Below, piece by piece: positions 40,383 through 50,000 of a DNA stretch of 64,000 nucleotides. Position 1 is the first letter of the stretch; each line of letters opens with the position of its first letter. The notes beneath the pieces were generated by a model, which did no database searches, had not been told where the DNA came from, and was given only the letters and a program-made list of their open reading frames with translations. Made by a program: the position numbers and the translations under genes. The DNA is from an uncultured Actinomycetota bacterium (GTDB lineage: Bacteria > Actinomycetota > Actinomycetes > JAHEKZ01). Where the stretch lies: NCBI GenBank assembly GCA_963824605.1, contig CAWGPZ010000006.1, positions 321,864 to 385,863 on the forward strand. The letters are read 5' to 3'.

Positions 40383-41327
40383 GTGGCCGCCAGTGAGGGT
40401 CCTGGGGCTGAGCGCTCCTGGCAGCCGAGTTTCCCCATCGATCTCGGTGCGGTGCTCGGGCCGCTCAGCCGCGGCACGGGTTATCGAACCTTTCAGTTCG
40501 CGGGTTCGCCCTCCGGCCCGAGACGGTCAGCCTGGTGGGCGACCTCGACTCCCAGCGGCCCCGGCACACTGCATCTGGTGACCCGGCCCAGGGACGGCGA
40601 GGTGTGCGCATCGGCGTGGGGCCCCGGAGCGCACTGGCTGTGTGCCGGGGTTCCGTCCCTCCTGGGTGCAGAGGACGACCTCGAGGGATTCGAACCGGTC
40701 CACCCGCAGGTGCTGGAGGCGTGGCGGCGAGCGCCTGGCTGGCGGCTCATGCGCAGCAGGCGTCCGCTCGACGCGTGTCTGAACGCGGTGATCGAGCAGA
40801 AGGTCACGGGAGTCGAGGCCCGCCGGGCGTGGCAGACACTGGTCGGGCGCTTCGGCGAGCCAGCTCACGGCCCGGCACCGCGCGGAATGGCGGTACCACC
40901 GACACCGACCGCGTGGCGCGATGTCTCTGATGCCGACTTCCACCGGGCAGGCGTCACCCCGCATCGCGTCAGAACGCTACGGACCGTCGTCTCAGCAGCC
41001 AGGGCGATCGAGCGGACGAGTGACGCGACGAGCAGTGAGGCTGATCGCGTTCTTCGGGCCCTGCCGGGAGTGGGAGCGTGGACCTCCGCCGAGGTGCGGC
41101 AGCGGTCGCACGGCGATCCGGATGCCCTCTCGGTGGGGGACTTCCATGTCGCCAAGGACCTCTGCTACTGGTTGACCGGAGAGCGCGGAGACGACGCGCG
41201 TATGGAGGAGCTGCTCGAGCCCTACGCGGGCCATCGCTACCGCGTGCAACGGCTCATGGAGATGTCAGGAGTGAGCGCGCCCAGGCGCGGGCCCCGGATG
41301 GGCGTGCCTCGCCACAGATCTGGGTAG
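40383..41327 (+). CDS. AlkA-like DNA-3-methyladenine glycosylase (HhH-GPD superfamily).
   Basis: HhH motif LRALPGVGAWTSAEV, followed by a Gly/Asp-containing loop. Confidence 0.6.
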   Translation: MAASEGPGAERSWQPSFPIDLGAVLGPLSRGTGYRTFQFAGSPSGPRRSAWWATSTPSGPGTLHLVTRPRDGEVCASAWGPGAHWLCAGVPSLLGAEDDLEGFEPVHPQVLEAWRRAPGWRLMRSRRPLDACLNAVIEQKVTGVEARRAWQTLVGRFGEPAHGPAPRGMAVPPTPTAWRDVSDADFHRAGVTPHRVRTLRTVVSAARAIERTSDATSSEADRVLRALPGVGAWTSAEVRQRSHGDPDALSVGDFHVAKDLCYWLTGERGDDARMEELLEPYAGHRYRVQRLMEMSGVSAPRRGPRMGVPRHRSG

Positions 41328-41590
41328 TGCCAAGCCGGTGAACAAGATCGGCGCTCGCATCTCGTCGTGACCCTGTCCTTCCGCGTCCACTACACCCTCA
41401 TCAGGGGATCGGGAGGGGCAGCGGGCTGCCACGTAAGAACGTGGTGGGCGTGCGCCCGGGCGCGGGGCATCCAGGAAGCCGGCAGCCGCGCGGCACCTGC
41501 GTATCTCTTCGACCACCAGAGACGCGGGTGGTCGCCGCTGACAGGACCACGCTCCCACGACTACCACGCCGTAGGCACGTGAACCGTTTC

Positions 41591-42871
41591 TCACACATCG
41601 ACGATGTAGTCGCTGACGTCGCTCGTGGTCCGTGGAGGCGCGGGCGCCGCCGGGTAGCCGATCGCGACGGCACCCATCGGCTGCCAGCCGTCGGGGAGCG
41701 CCAGCTCAGCTCGTGCGACTTCTGGGCAGAAGAGCGTTGACGATATCCATGCAGACCCCAGGCCGTGCGTGGCAAGTGTGATCAGGAAGTTCTCGATCCC
41801 GGCTCCCATCGCGAGCAGGAACATCGACCGTTCCGCTGTCGCGCGGCGGCTGTCACGGTAGACGTGTGCACCATCGTCGACGAGGCAGGGAACGACCAGT
41901 GACGGAGCACGACGAAGCTGGTCACCCCGAACGACCCGTGCTTCGATCAGGTCCGACTCGACACCGTCGGCGCGGAGGTCGGCACGCCACCTGTCGGCCA
42001 TCGCGTCAAGGAATGCGTTTCGCGTGCGATCGGAGATGACCACGAACCGCCAGGGAGTCGTGTGGTGCGGTGCGGGTGCGGTGAGGGCGTCGCCGACCGC
42101 CGACTCGATGACGGCGCGCGGGACAGGTCGGTCCTGAAAGGTGCGTACCGTCCGGCGCGAGCGAACGAGGTCGAAGGAGCCGACGGGGAACAGGTCGTCG
42201 TCGCTGGTGCGGATGAGCGCCGACGCCCCCGGCCCGTCAACGCTTTGCACGAGATGTCCAAGGCCCCGTACCACCGCAACGGGTGTGCCGGCGGCCTTGC
42301 CCATGACGAGCTCGCAGGCTGCAGCGATCTCATCGGCAACAGCCGGCATGGTGGCGGTCAGGGCGTTTCCATGGGTGTCATGCGAACCGCGCAGGTCGAG
42401 CATGGGCATCAGGCCGGCGACCCCGATCGCGATGTCGGTCTGTCCGAGACGCCACGCTCGCCCCGCGGTGTCGGTGATGATGACGGCCACTGGGCCGTCC
42501 ACCGTCTCTTGGAGCGCCGCGCGCAACGAACGTGCCGAATGGTCGGGCTCGAGAGGCAAGAGCACCAGAGAGTCGCGCTGGGTGTTGCTGGCGTCCACGC
42601 CTGCTGCAGCGAGCACCAGTCCATGGCGCGTCTCCACGATCTTGAGATCGCCACGCTCGGCGACCACCCGGACCGTTTCGCTGTCGATCACCTCGTTGCG
42701 CGAACGGCCCGTGACGACTCGTCCCTCGGCCTTGGCCACCACCTTGCTTGAAATGACAACGATGTCGCCGGCCCGCAGATCGCGGTGGGCCGCAACGATC
42801 TCGGATGCCAGGTCGTGGCCCGGCGTGATCTCGGGCATGCCTTCAACCGCAATGGCGTGCAGGCTGCTCAC
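41591..42871 (-). CDS. fbiB: Bifunctional F420 biosynthesis protein FbiB (CofE gamma-glutamyl ligase domain plus nitroreductase-fold domain).
   Basis: CofE motifs (VISSKVVAKAEGR, ITDTAGRAWRLGQTDIAIG) and a C-terminal FMN nitroreductase domain (RRTVRTF). Confidence 0.8.
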   Translation of the reverse strand: MSSLHAIAVEGMPEITPGHDLASEIVAAHRDLRAGDIVVISSKVVAKAEGRVVTGRSRNEVIDSETVRVVAERGDLKIVETRHGLVLAAAGVDASNTQRDSLVLLPLEPDHSARSLRAALQETVDGPVAVIITDTAGRAWRLGQTDIAIGVAGLMPMLDLRGSHDTHGNALTATMPAVADEIAAACELVMGKAAGTPVAVVRGLGHLVQSVDGPGASALIRTSDDDLFPVGSFDLVRSRRTVRTFQDRPVPRAVIESAVGDALTAPAPHHTTPWRFVVISDRTRNAFLDAMADRWRADLRADGVESDLIEARVVRGDQLRRAPSLVVPCLVDDGAHVYRDSRRATAERSMFLLAMGAGIENFLITLATHGLGSAWISSTLFCPEVARAELALPDGWQPMGAVAIGYPAAPAPPRTTSDVSDYIVDV

Positions 42872-42876
42872 GACGA

Positions 42877-43860
42877 TCAGCGCCGAAGTTCGAGGGCGAG
42901 GTCGAGGGCTGAACCGGCGAGGTCAGCGGCCGCTTGGGGCGTCGTCATGAGCAGCGGACCCGATCGCTGGACGATGCCTGGCGGAGCCTGCGTCGCGGCG
43001 TCCTCATCGGCGACGAGCCATCCGTCGAGCAGACCACCGGCGATCCGCGCACCGTAGTGACCGGCTACTCCTGCCGCTGACGTCTCGACGCCTATCGCCG
43101 TGAGACAGGCTTCTGCCATACCGCGAACGGGTGCGCCGGCAATGATGGGTGAGACGCCAGCCACTGGAGCGGTCGCACCACGTAGTGCGTCAGCGATGCC
43201 GTTCACCTGCAGGATCGCGCCGATGCTGACGACCGGGTTCGAGGGTGGGAGCAAGATGACGTCCGCGTTGCCGATGGCGTCGAGCACGGCCGGCGTGGGT
43301 TTGGCCTCGGCGGCACCCAAGAAGACGAACTCCTGCGCCCGCCGCTGTGCGTTCTCACGCACCCACCACTCCTGGAAGTGCAGCGCCTCGCGCGCTCCTG
43401 CATCGTCGAGCACGACCACATGTGTCTCGACGGGGTCATCGCTCATCGGAAGGAGGCGAACCCCCGGCTGCCACCTCGTGCACAGAGCGGACGTGACGTC
43501 GGTCAGCGACCAACCGGCTCTCAGCATCTGCGTGCGGACGATGTGGGTTGCGAAGTCGCGGTCACCGAGGGTGAACCAGTCAGGGGGAACCTCGTAGGCA
43601 GCCAGTTCGGCGCTGACGGTGAAGGACTCATCGGATCGCCCCCAGCCCTGGGCGTCGTGGATTCCGCCACCGAGCGTGTACATCACGGTGTCGAGGTCGG
43701 GGCAGACGCGCAGTCCGAACAAGGTGATGTCGTCTGCGGTGTTCCCGATCACTGTGACCTCGGCGTGGGACCACGGGTCGTTTCGGCCCTCCAGATGGCT
43801 CCGCAGGCCACGCAGAAAGCGTGCGCCGCCGATGCCCCCTGCCAATGCGGTGATCTGCAT
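42877..43860 (-). CDS. fbiA: 2-phospho-L-lactate transferase (CofD/FbiA).
   Basis: MQITALAGGIGGARFLRGL CofD N-terminus. Lies upstream of fbiB in the same orientation. Confidence 0.8.
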   Translation of the reverse strand: MQITALAGGIGGARFLRGLRSHLEGRNDPWSHAEVTVIGNTADDITLFGLRVCPDLDTVMYTLGGGIHDAQGWGRSDESFTVSAELAAYEVPPDWFTLGDRDFATHIVRTQMLRAGWSLTDVTSALCTRWQPGVRLLPMSDDPVETHVVVLDDAGAREALHFQEWWVRENAQRRAQEFVFLGAAEAKPTPAVLDAIGNADVILLPPSNPVVSIGAILQVNGIADALRGATAPVAGVSPIIAGAPVRGMAEACLTAIGVETSAAGVAGHYGARIAGGLLDGWLVADEDAATQAPPGIVQRSGPLLMTTPQAAADLAGSALDLALELRR

Positions 43861-43902
43861 GGCAACATCCTGTCAGTGAACAGACCCACGGATATCTCGG
43901 CC

Positions 43903-44760
43903 ATGACCCAGCGATGGGCCGACGCTCTGGCGGCGTGGGCCATACCTCCGCGCATTCTTGACGACGCTACGCGCGACCCGTGGATGCTGCCGGTCACCGG
44001 GTTCGCCGAGCGGGCCGACCGGGCGGTGAACGAGCCGTCCGGCGTCTCGTTCGAGAGGGCGGCTGAGGTCCTTCGCAACGAGGCGGGATCGGTACTCGAT
44101 GTGGGCGCGGGGGCAGGCGCTGCGTCACTACCTCTCGCGCCGATGGCCACGAGGCTCACCGCTGTCGACAGCAATCGCTCCATGCTCGATGCCTTTGCCG
44201 AACGGGCCGATCGCCTAGGCGTTGAGCACCGGGAGATCGAGGGCCGATGGCCAGACGTGGCCGCCGACGTCCCGGCTCATGACGTCACTGTCGCGCATCA
44301 CGTGATCTTCAACGTTGCGGACATCGCCCCGTTCCTGGTCGCCCTCGATCGCACCTCGGTGCGCCGGGTGGTTCTCGAGCTGCCGCCGCATCATCCGCTC
44401 GCGTGGTTGAACCCGCTGTGGAAGCAGTTCCACGACCTCGACCGTCCGGTGAGCCCGATCGCCGGTGATCTGGTGGAGATCCTGGGGGCGATGGGTGCGG
44501 CCGACCTCGAAGCCGACTACTGGCAGCTGCAGGATCCCGCGACCTCCGACGGGTCTGACGACGAGAACCTCGCCGAGCGGGCAGCCGTCGTCGCTCAGCG
44601 GCTCTGTCTTCCGGTTGACCGCGAGACGCGACGTGGCGAAGGCACTCCCGGATGTCGATCCCGGATACCACCGCGACGTCGTGACGATCAGCTGGACGCC
44701 GGGATCGTTGAGGGGCTGAGCGAGGATCCGCTCGACGCGGGGATCAGCACCTCGAACTGA
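43903..44760 (+). CDS. Class I SAM-dependent methyltransferase.
   Basis: VLDVGAGAGAASL SAM-binding motif I. Start trimmed to ATG 43903 because upstream of it the ORF is antisense to fbiA. The C-terminal ~50 aa may be off-frame. Confidence 0.5.
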   Translation: MTQRWADALAAWAIPPRILDDATRDPWMLPVTGFAERADRAVNEPSGVSFERAAEVLRNEAGSVLDVGAGAGAASLPLAPMATRLTAVDSNRSMLDAFAERADRLGVEHREIEGRWPDVAADVPAHDVTVAHHVIFNVADIAPFLVALDRTSVRRVVLELPPHHPLAWLNPLWKQFHDLDRPVSPIAGDLVEILGAMGAADLEADYWQLQDPATSDGSDDENLAERAAVVAQRLCLPVDRETRRGEGTPGCRSRIPPRRRDDQLDAGIVEGLSEDPLDAGISTSN

Positions 44761-45760
44761 CAGCCGCCGCTGACGTTCTGCACGCGCACCACTCCGCTGT
44801 GCGCCTCGACGATGCCCTGGACGATCGCCAGCCCCAGACCTGCCCCACCGTAGGGGTCCGGTGTGCGCGCGAGGTCGCCACGAAACCCGGCTTCGAAGAT
44901 GCGGCCGAGATCTGTCTCGGGAATGCCGCCACAGCCATCGGTCACGGTGACCCTGGCGGTGTCATCGACGATCGCCGCGGAGACGTGGACCACGCCGTCG
45001 TGGGGTGTGTGCCGGATGGCGTTGCTCACGAGATTGGTGATCGCTCGCCGCAACTCGCGCTCGTCGGCGCTGATGCTGGCCGTGATCCCCGTGCTGCCGG
45101 TGCGCTCAGGGCTCGCCCCGGCCGTCAGGTGCACCCCGCGTGCGGCCGCAAGCGGCGCAGCCGCGGCGACGACGTCGCCGACCACATCCGTCAATGAGAT
45201 GCGCTCGCGCACCAGCTGAAGCGTTCCGGCATTGATACGGGAGAGCTCGAAGAGATCATCGACCATGCCGGTCAGTCGGTCCACCTCGGTGCGTAGCTGT
45301 CGGTGGTATCGTCGGGATCGGGCGCCACGCCGTCCTCGAGAGCCTCGGTCATCGCACGCATCCCGGCCAGCGGCGTCCGCAGATCGTGCGACACCCAGGC
45401 GACCAGCTCGCGCCGCGTTCGTTCAGCCTCTTCGGTTCGGGCCTGCTTCTCCGCGAGCTGGCGTGAGTGCTCCTCGATCTGGTCGACCCGGCGGGACAGG
45501 AGCAGCCCGATGCCGACAGCGACGAAGCCGGCGGAGGTGCACACCACAAGGACGACACCGAGGTCATGGGACGAGAGGAACATCCGCTGGGCGGTGGCCA
45601 CCACGCCGACCACGACGGCCACGACGGCCGTGACCGGCGCGAGCCACGCCAGAGTGCGAGCCGACCGGCGGCCCAGCAGGTGAAGGACGACAAGACCGAG
45701 GGCGCCGACGACGGCGCTACTCACTATCGCGGTGACGGTCACCGCCAGCCAGGGATTCAT
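44688..45760 (-). CDS. Sensor histidine kinase. HisKA and HATPase_c lie in different frames (apparent frameshift near 45280).
   Basis: The 45272..45901 frame carries the TM sensor and H-box ELVAWVSHDLRTPLAGMRAMTEAL. The 44688..45284 frame carries the N, G1 and G2 boxes. Its ATG overlaps the upstream regulator's TGA (ATGA) at 45757-45760. Confidence 0.65.
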
Positions 45761-46557
45761 GCGTCCGACCCCGCTGCGTCCCAGCGGTAGCCCACGCCCC
45801 ACACAGTCATGAGCCGAGTGGGCTCGGTGGGATTCGGCTCGACCTTCTCTCGCAGCCGACGCACGTGCACGGTGACGGTGGACTGGTCGCCGAACGACCA
45901 CCCCCAGACCTGCTCCATGAGCTCTCCTCGGGTGAAGGCACGTCCCGGATGTGCCAGCAGGAAGGCCAGCAGGTCGAACTCACGACTGGTCAACGGCAGG
46001 GGGTCGTCGCCGCGCAGCGCGGTGTGGGCCGTGGTGTCGAGAACCAGGTCTGCATCGCGCAGAACCGGGTCGACGCTGGGTGGCGAAAGCCCGGTTGAGT
46101 CGCCACCTGATCGCCGCAGGACGGACTGAACGCGAAGAACGAGCTCGCGAGGACTGAACGGCTTGGTGACGTAGTCGTCGGCTCCCACCTCCAGCCCGAG
46201 TACGCGGTCCACTTCACCGCCAAGGGCGGTGAGCATGATCACCGGGACGTCGGACGTCGAACGCAGACGTCGACAGACCTCCAGGCCGTCGAGGTCGGGC
46301 AGCATCAGGTCGAGGACGACGAGATCAGGAGCCTCGGCGTCAAAGGCGGCCAGGCCCGAGGCTCCGGTCGCGGCGTGCACCGCCTGCAGGCCTGCTCGTT
46401 CGAGGTAGGTGACCACGACCTCCGCGACGGTGGGGTCGTCATCAACCACCAGCACCCTGGCGGGCACCGTCGCCGAGGGGGAGGCGTCGTCGCCCTCGGC
46501 GGCCGGCGTTTTCGGTGACCTGGAGGGGGTGCTCACAGTGTCAGCGTACGTGGGCAT
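45757..46557 (-). CDS. OmpR-family response regulator.
   Basis: VLVVDDDPTVAEVV...LVVLDLMLPDLDG...TKPFSPRELVLRV and a winged helix MTVWGVGYRW. Start uncertain: ATG 46557 gives a 33-aa N-terminal extension. Confidence 0.8.
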   Translation of the reverse strand: MPTYADTVSTPSRSPKTPAAEGDDASPSATVPARVLVVDDDPTVAEVVVTYLERAGLQAVHAATGASGLAAFDAEAPDLVVLDLMLPDLDGLEVCRRLRSTSDVPVIMLTALGGEVDRVLGLEVGADDYVTKPFSPRELVLRVQSVLRRSGGDSTGLSPPSVDPVLRDADLVLDTTAHTALRGDDPLPLTSREFDLLAFLLAHPGRAFTRGELMEQVWGWSFGDQSTVTVHVRRLREKVEPNPTEPTRLMTVWGVGYRWDAAGSDA

Positions 46558-46790
46558 TGCCGTGAGCACCCCTCGTCCGAGGTCGGCAGGTAGGGCGCAA
46601 CGTCCTGCGTGACGACGCTCACGGCCCAGCGACAGCAAGGGGTGCGAGTGTGAGAACAGCTGCCGCCGCTGCCACGGCGACGCGTGACGTGATCATGACC
46701 ACTCCTTCGGTTCGACGGTCGGGTGCTCATGACGCTAGGGAGCATCAGTGCGCGATCCGAGGGCGAAGCCGATGACGAGACCCTTACCGA

Positions 46791-49437
46791 ATGCTGACGT
46801 ACGCTCGGCGCGTGCCACCACCGCCGCGTGACGACTCCTTGAGCAGGGACGCGAGCTCGCACCGCCAGATCGGGCGTGCGTTGCGGCGTGCGGAGCAGGG
46901 GCGTGAGCTGGACGTGAACGAGGCGTCAGCCCTGATGGCTGCGACGGGCCACGCACTCGACGACCTTCTGGCCCTCGCCTCGGCGATGCGTGACCGAGGG
47001 TTGGCCGACGCTGGGCACCCAGGAGTGATCACCTACTCGCGCAAGGTCTTCATTCCGTTGACGCGGCTCTGTCGCGACCGATGCCACTACTGCACGTTTG
47101 TTGCTGCCCCCGCGGAGGTCCCTGCGCCCTATCTGTCACCGGACGAGGTGCTGGCGATCGCGCGTTCCGGTGCAGCCGAGCAGTGTAAGGAAGCCTTGTT
47201 CACCTTGGGTGATCGGCCGGAGGACCGGTGGCCCCAGGCGCAGGCATGGTTGGACGCTGCCGGGTATGCGAGCACCCTCGACTACCTGCGGGCGATGGCT
47301 GTCCTCGTCCTCGAGGAGACCGGGCTGCTTCCGCACCTGAACCCCGGAGTGATGAGCTGGCAAGAGCTCATGCTTCTGAAGCCCGTCGCACCCTCGATGG
47401 GCATGATGCTCGAGACGACGAGCGAGCGACTGTGGTCTACGCCTGGTTCTCCGCACTACGGGTCGCCTGACAAAGAGCCAGTCGTTCGCCGTGGCGTCCT
47501 CGAGAATGCCGGACGTCTCTCCATTCCTTTCACGACCGGAGTCCTGATCGGGATCGGCGAGACGTTGCAGGAGCGCGCTGAGAGTCTTCTCGCGATCAGG
47601 TCGTCTCATCGTGCACATGGGCATGTGCAGGAAGTGATCGTCCAGAACTTCCGAGCCAAGCCCAGGACGGCGATGGCCGATGCCCTCGACAGTGCAGAGG
47701 ACGACCTGCTCGCGACCGCTCGCAACTGCTCGGCTCCTGCTCGGAACAGGGATGCGGGTGCAGGTGCCGCCGAACCTCTCCGACGGCGCGGTGCTGCCGA
47801 GACTTGTGGCGGCCGGTATCGATGACTGGGGTGGTGTCAGCCCCCTGACTCCCGACCACGTGAACCCCGAGCGTCCCTGGCCGCACGTCGAGGTGCTCGC
47901 CTGCGCCACGCGTGAGGCCGGATACACGCTGCGCGAACGACTCACCGTGCATCCGTCATACGTGCACCGTGGCGAGCACTGGATCGATCCACGTGTCCAG
48001 CCGCACGTGGACGCCCTGGCTGAACCATCGGGCCTGGCTCGGCGAAACACCTCCCCAGTGGGTCGGCCGTGGCAGGAGCCGGGCGAGCTCACCGATGCGG
48101 GTCGCATCGATCTGCATCGGGAGGTGGATGCATCAGGTCGCGCTTCGATGATCCGGGGCGATGTCGACCAGGCGTTCGGGGCATGGAGCGTCGTGGCCGA
48201 TCGGGTGACGGCGTCCCGAGCGGTCGGCGGGATCGGAGTCGGCCCTCGCCTCGACACCGGCGTTCGCGACGCGCTGCGTGTGGCAGAGCGCGACCCGGCT
48301 GCGCTCCTGCTGCCTGAGAACGACTCTCTCGCGCTCGCCGCTCTGACGGCACGCGGCCCGGACCTGGAGGCGGTGGCCAGCCTCGCCGACGCGGTGCGCA
48401 GCGACGTCGTTGGCGACGAGGTGACGTTCGTCGTCAACCGCAATATCAACTTCACCAATATCTGCTACACCGGATGCCGGTTCTGCGCCTTTGCTCAACG
48501 CCGCTCCGACGCCGACGCCTACGAGCTCTCGATCGAAGAGGTCGTCTCCCGGGCGGCCGAGGCCTGGGAGCTCGGGGCCACCGAGGTCTGTCTGCAAGGC
48601 GGCATCGATCCGCAGCTGCCGGCCACGCACTATGTGGATCTGGTGGGCGCACTTCGGCGGGCCCTACCGGATCTGCATGTGCATGCGTTCAGCCCGATGG
48701 AGGTGGCCTCAGGGGCGGCGCGCGCAGGGGTGCCCATTCCTCACTTCCTCGCCGAGCTGGCAGACGCCGGCCTGGGGTCGCTGCCCGGAACGGCTGCGGA
48801 GATCTTGGACGACGATGTCCGATGGGTCTTGACCAAGGGAAAGCTTCCGACCGCCACCTGGGTCGAGGTCGTCGAGGCTGCTCACCGCTTGGGTCTACCC
48901 ACGAGCAGCACGATGATGTTCGGCCACGTCGACCGCCCCGACCACTGGCTCACGCATCTGCGTGTTCTCGCCGAGGTCCAGGACCATGCCGCCGCTGCTG
49001 GCGTTCGTGGATTCACCGAGTTCGTTCCGCTCCCGTACATCCATCACTCTGCGCCGCTGTACCTGGCGGGCATTGGTCGTCCTGGCCCTTCGCAGGACGA
49101 GTCGCGGGTCGTTCACGCTGCTGCCCGACTGCTGTTGCACGGCCGCATCGATCACGTTCAGGTCTCGTGGGTCAAGCTCGGCGCTGCGGGGTCCCAGATG
49201 ATGTTGCGCTCAGGTGCTGACGATCTCGGCGGAACGCTCATGGAGGAGACCATCAGCCGCATGGCGGGGAGCAGCCACGGCTCGGCGATGACCGTGGGAG
49301 CGCTTGCTGGTTGGGCGAGCGACATCGGGCGTACGAGCCGCCAGCGCACCACGACCTATGGCCCGGTGAGCGAAGAAAGGTCCGAACGGTCGATTCGTAC
49401 CGGGGGAGTGCTGCCGGAGCGGGCTCGTACCGTCTGA
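46791..49437 (+). CDS. fbiC: FO synthase FbiC (fused CofG and CofH radical-SAM domains), with an apparent frameshift near 47740.
   Basis: Cof[11 protein letters not shown] is in the 46791 frame. Cof[11 protein letters not shown] and [19 protein letters not shown] are in the 47680 frame. Junction: ...DDLLATAR / [15 protein letters not shown]. Confidence 0.8.
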
Positions 49438-49526
49438 CCTGCGGTGATATCCCGATCGGTCGCTCTGGCAGTAGTCAGGTGATCACTCTCCGTATCTGGA
49501 ATGACGAACGAATAGCAGAGGAAGTG

Positions 49527-49556
49527 TTGACAGCAGGGCAACGACACCCCTGTAAT
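49527..49556 (+). promoter_or_regulatory. Sigma-70 (SigA)-like promoter TTGACA-N18-TGTAAT. The predicted start site falls at or next to the whiB ATG, suggesting a leaderless transcript.
   Basis: -35 TTGACA at 49527-49532 and -10 TGTAAT at 49551-49556. The ATG at 49564 lies 8 nt downstream of the -10. Confidence 0.35.
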
Positions 49557-49563
49557 TCCACCC

Positions 49564-49911
49564 ATGTCGTTTGGCTGGCCCGTGGCCGGGCGACACCCCG
49601 TTGGGTCGAGGAGGAACGGTGACCGAGGCCATCAGTCTGATGGACATACAGGACGTGCAGGACGTGCAGGAGGCCAGGAGGCACAGGAGGCGGAACTGTC
49701 GTGGCAAGAGCGTGGGCTCTGTGCCCAGACCGATCCGGAGGCCTTCTTCCCTGAGAAGGGCGGGTCGACGCGCGAGGCCAAGAAGGTCTGCCTCGGCTGC
49801 GACGTGCGTGGTGACTGCCTCGAGTACGCCCTCGCTCACGACGAGCGGTTCGGGATCTGGGGCGGGCTCTCCGAGCGTGAGCGTCGGCGCCTCAAGAAGG
49901 AAGCGGTCTAG
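49564..49911 (+). CDS. whiB: WhiB-family transcription factor (WhiB2/WhmD-like).
   Basis: CAQTDPEAFFPEKGGSTREAKKVCLGCDVRGDCLEYALAHDERFGIWGGLSERERRRLKK is near-identical to the WhiB2 core. The N-terminus is uncertain: GTG 49619 in another frame has a GAGGAGG SD. Confidence 0.75.
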   Translation: MSFGWPVAGRHPVGSRRNGDRGHQSDGHTGRAGRAGGQEAQEAELSWQERGLCAQTDPEAFFPEKGGSTREAKKVCLGCDVRGDCLEYALAHDERFGIWGGLSERERRRLKKEAV

Positions 49912-50000
49912 CGCGCTCGGGCGACACCTCGTGCAGGGGAAGACCGCAGCACGGCGACTTCGGCGCTCGGCCTGTGGCCCCGTAGGGTGGGACGCCGATC

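Noticed and set aside
41428-41443. Hairpin CCACGT-AAGA-ACGTGG in the convergent alkA/fbiB intergenic region, considered as a terminator
   Set aside because: Only a 6-bp stem with no following U-tract. The nearby GCGCCCGGGCGC palindrome is similarly uninformative. Not supportable as a terminator.
49650-49695. Run of 9-bp tandem repeats considered as a possible CRISPR-like or minisatellite element
   Set aside because: The units are far too short and contiguous, with no spacers. They lie inside the whiB N-terminal coding region. Treated as a slippage-prone coding repeat instead.
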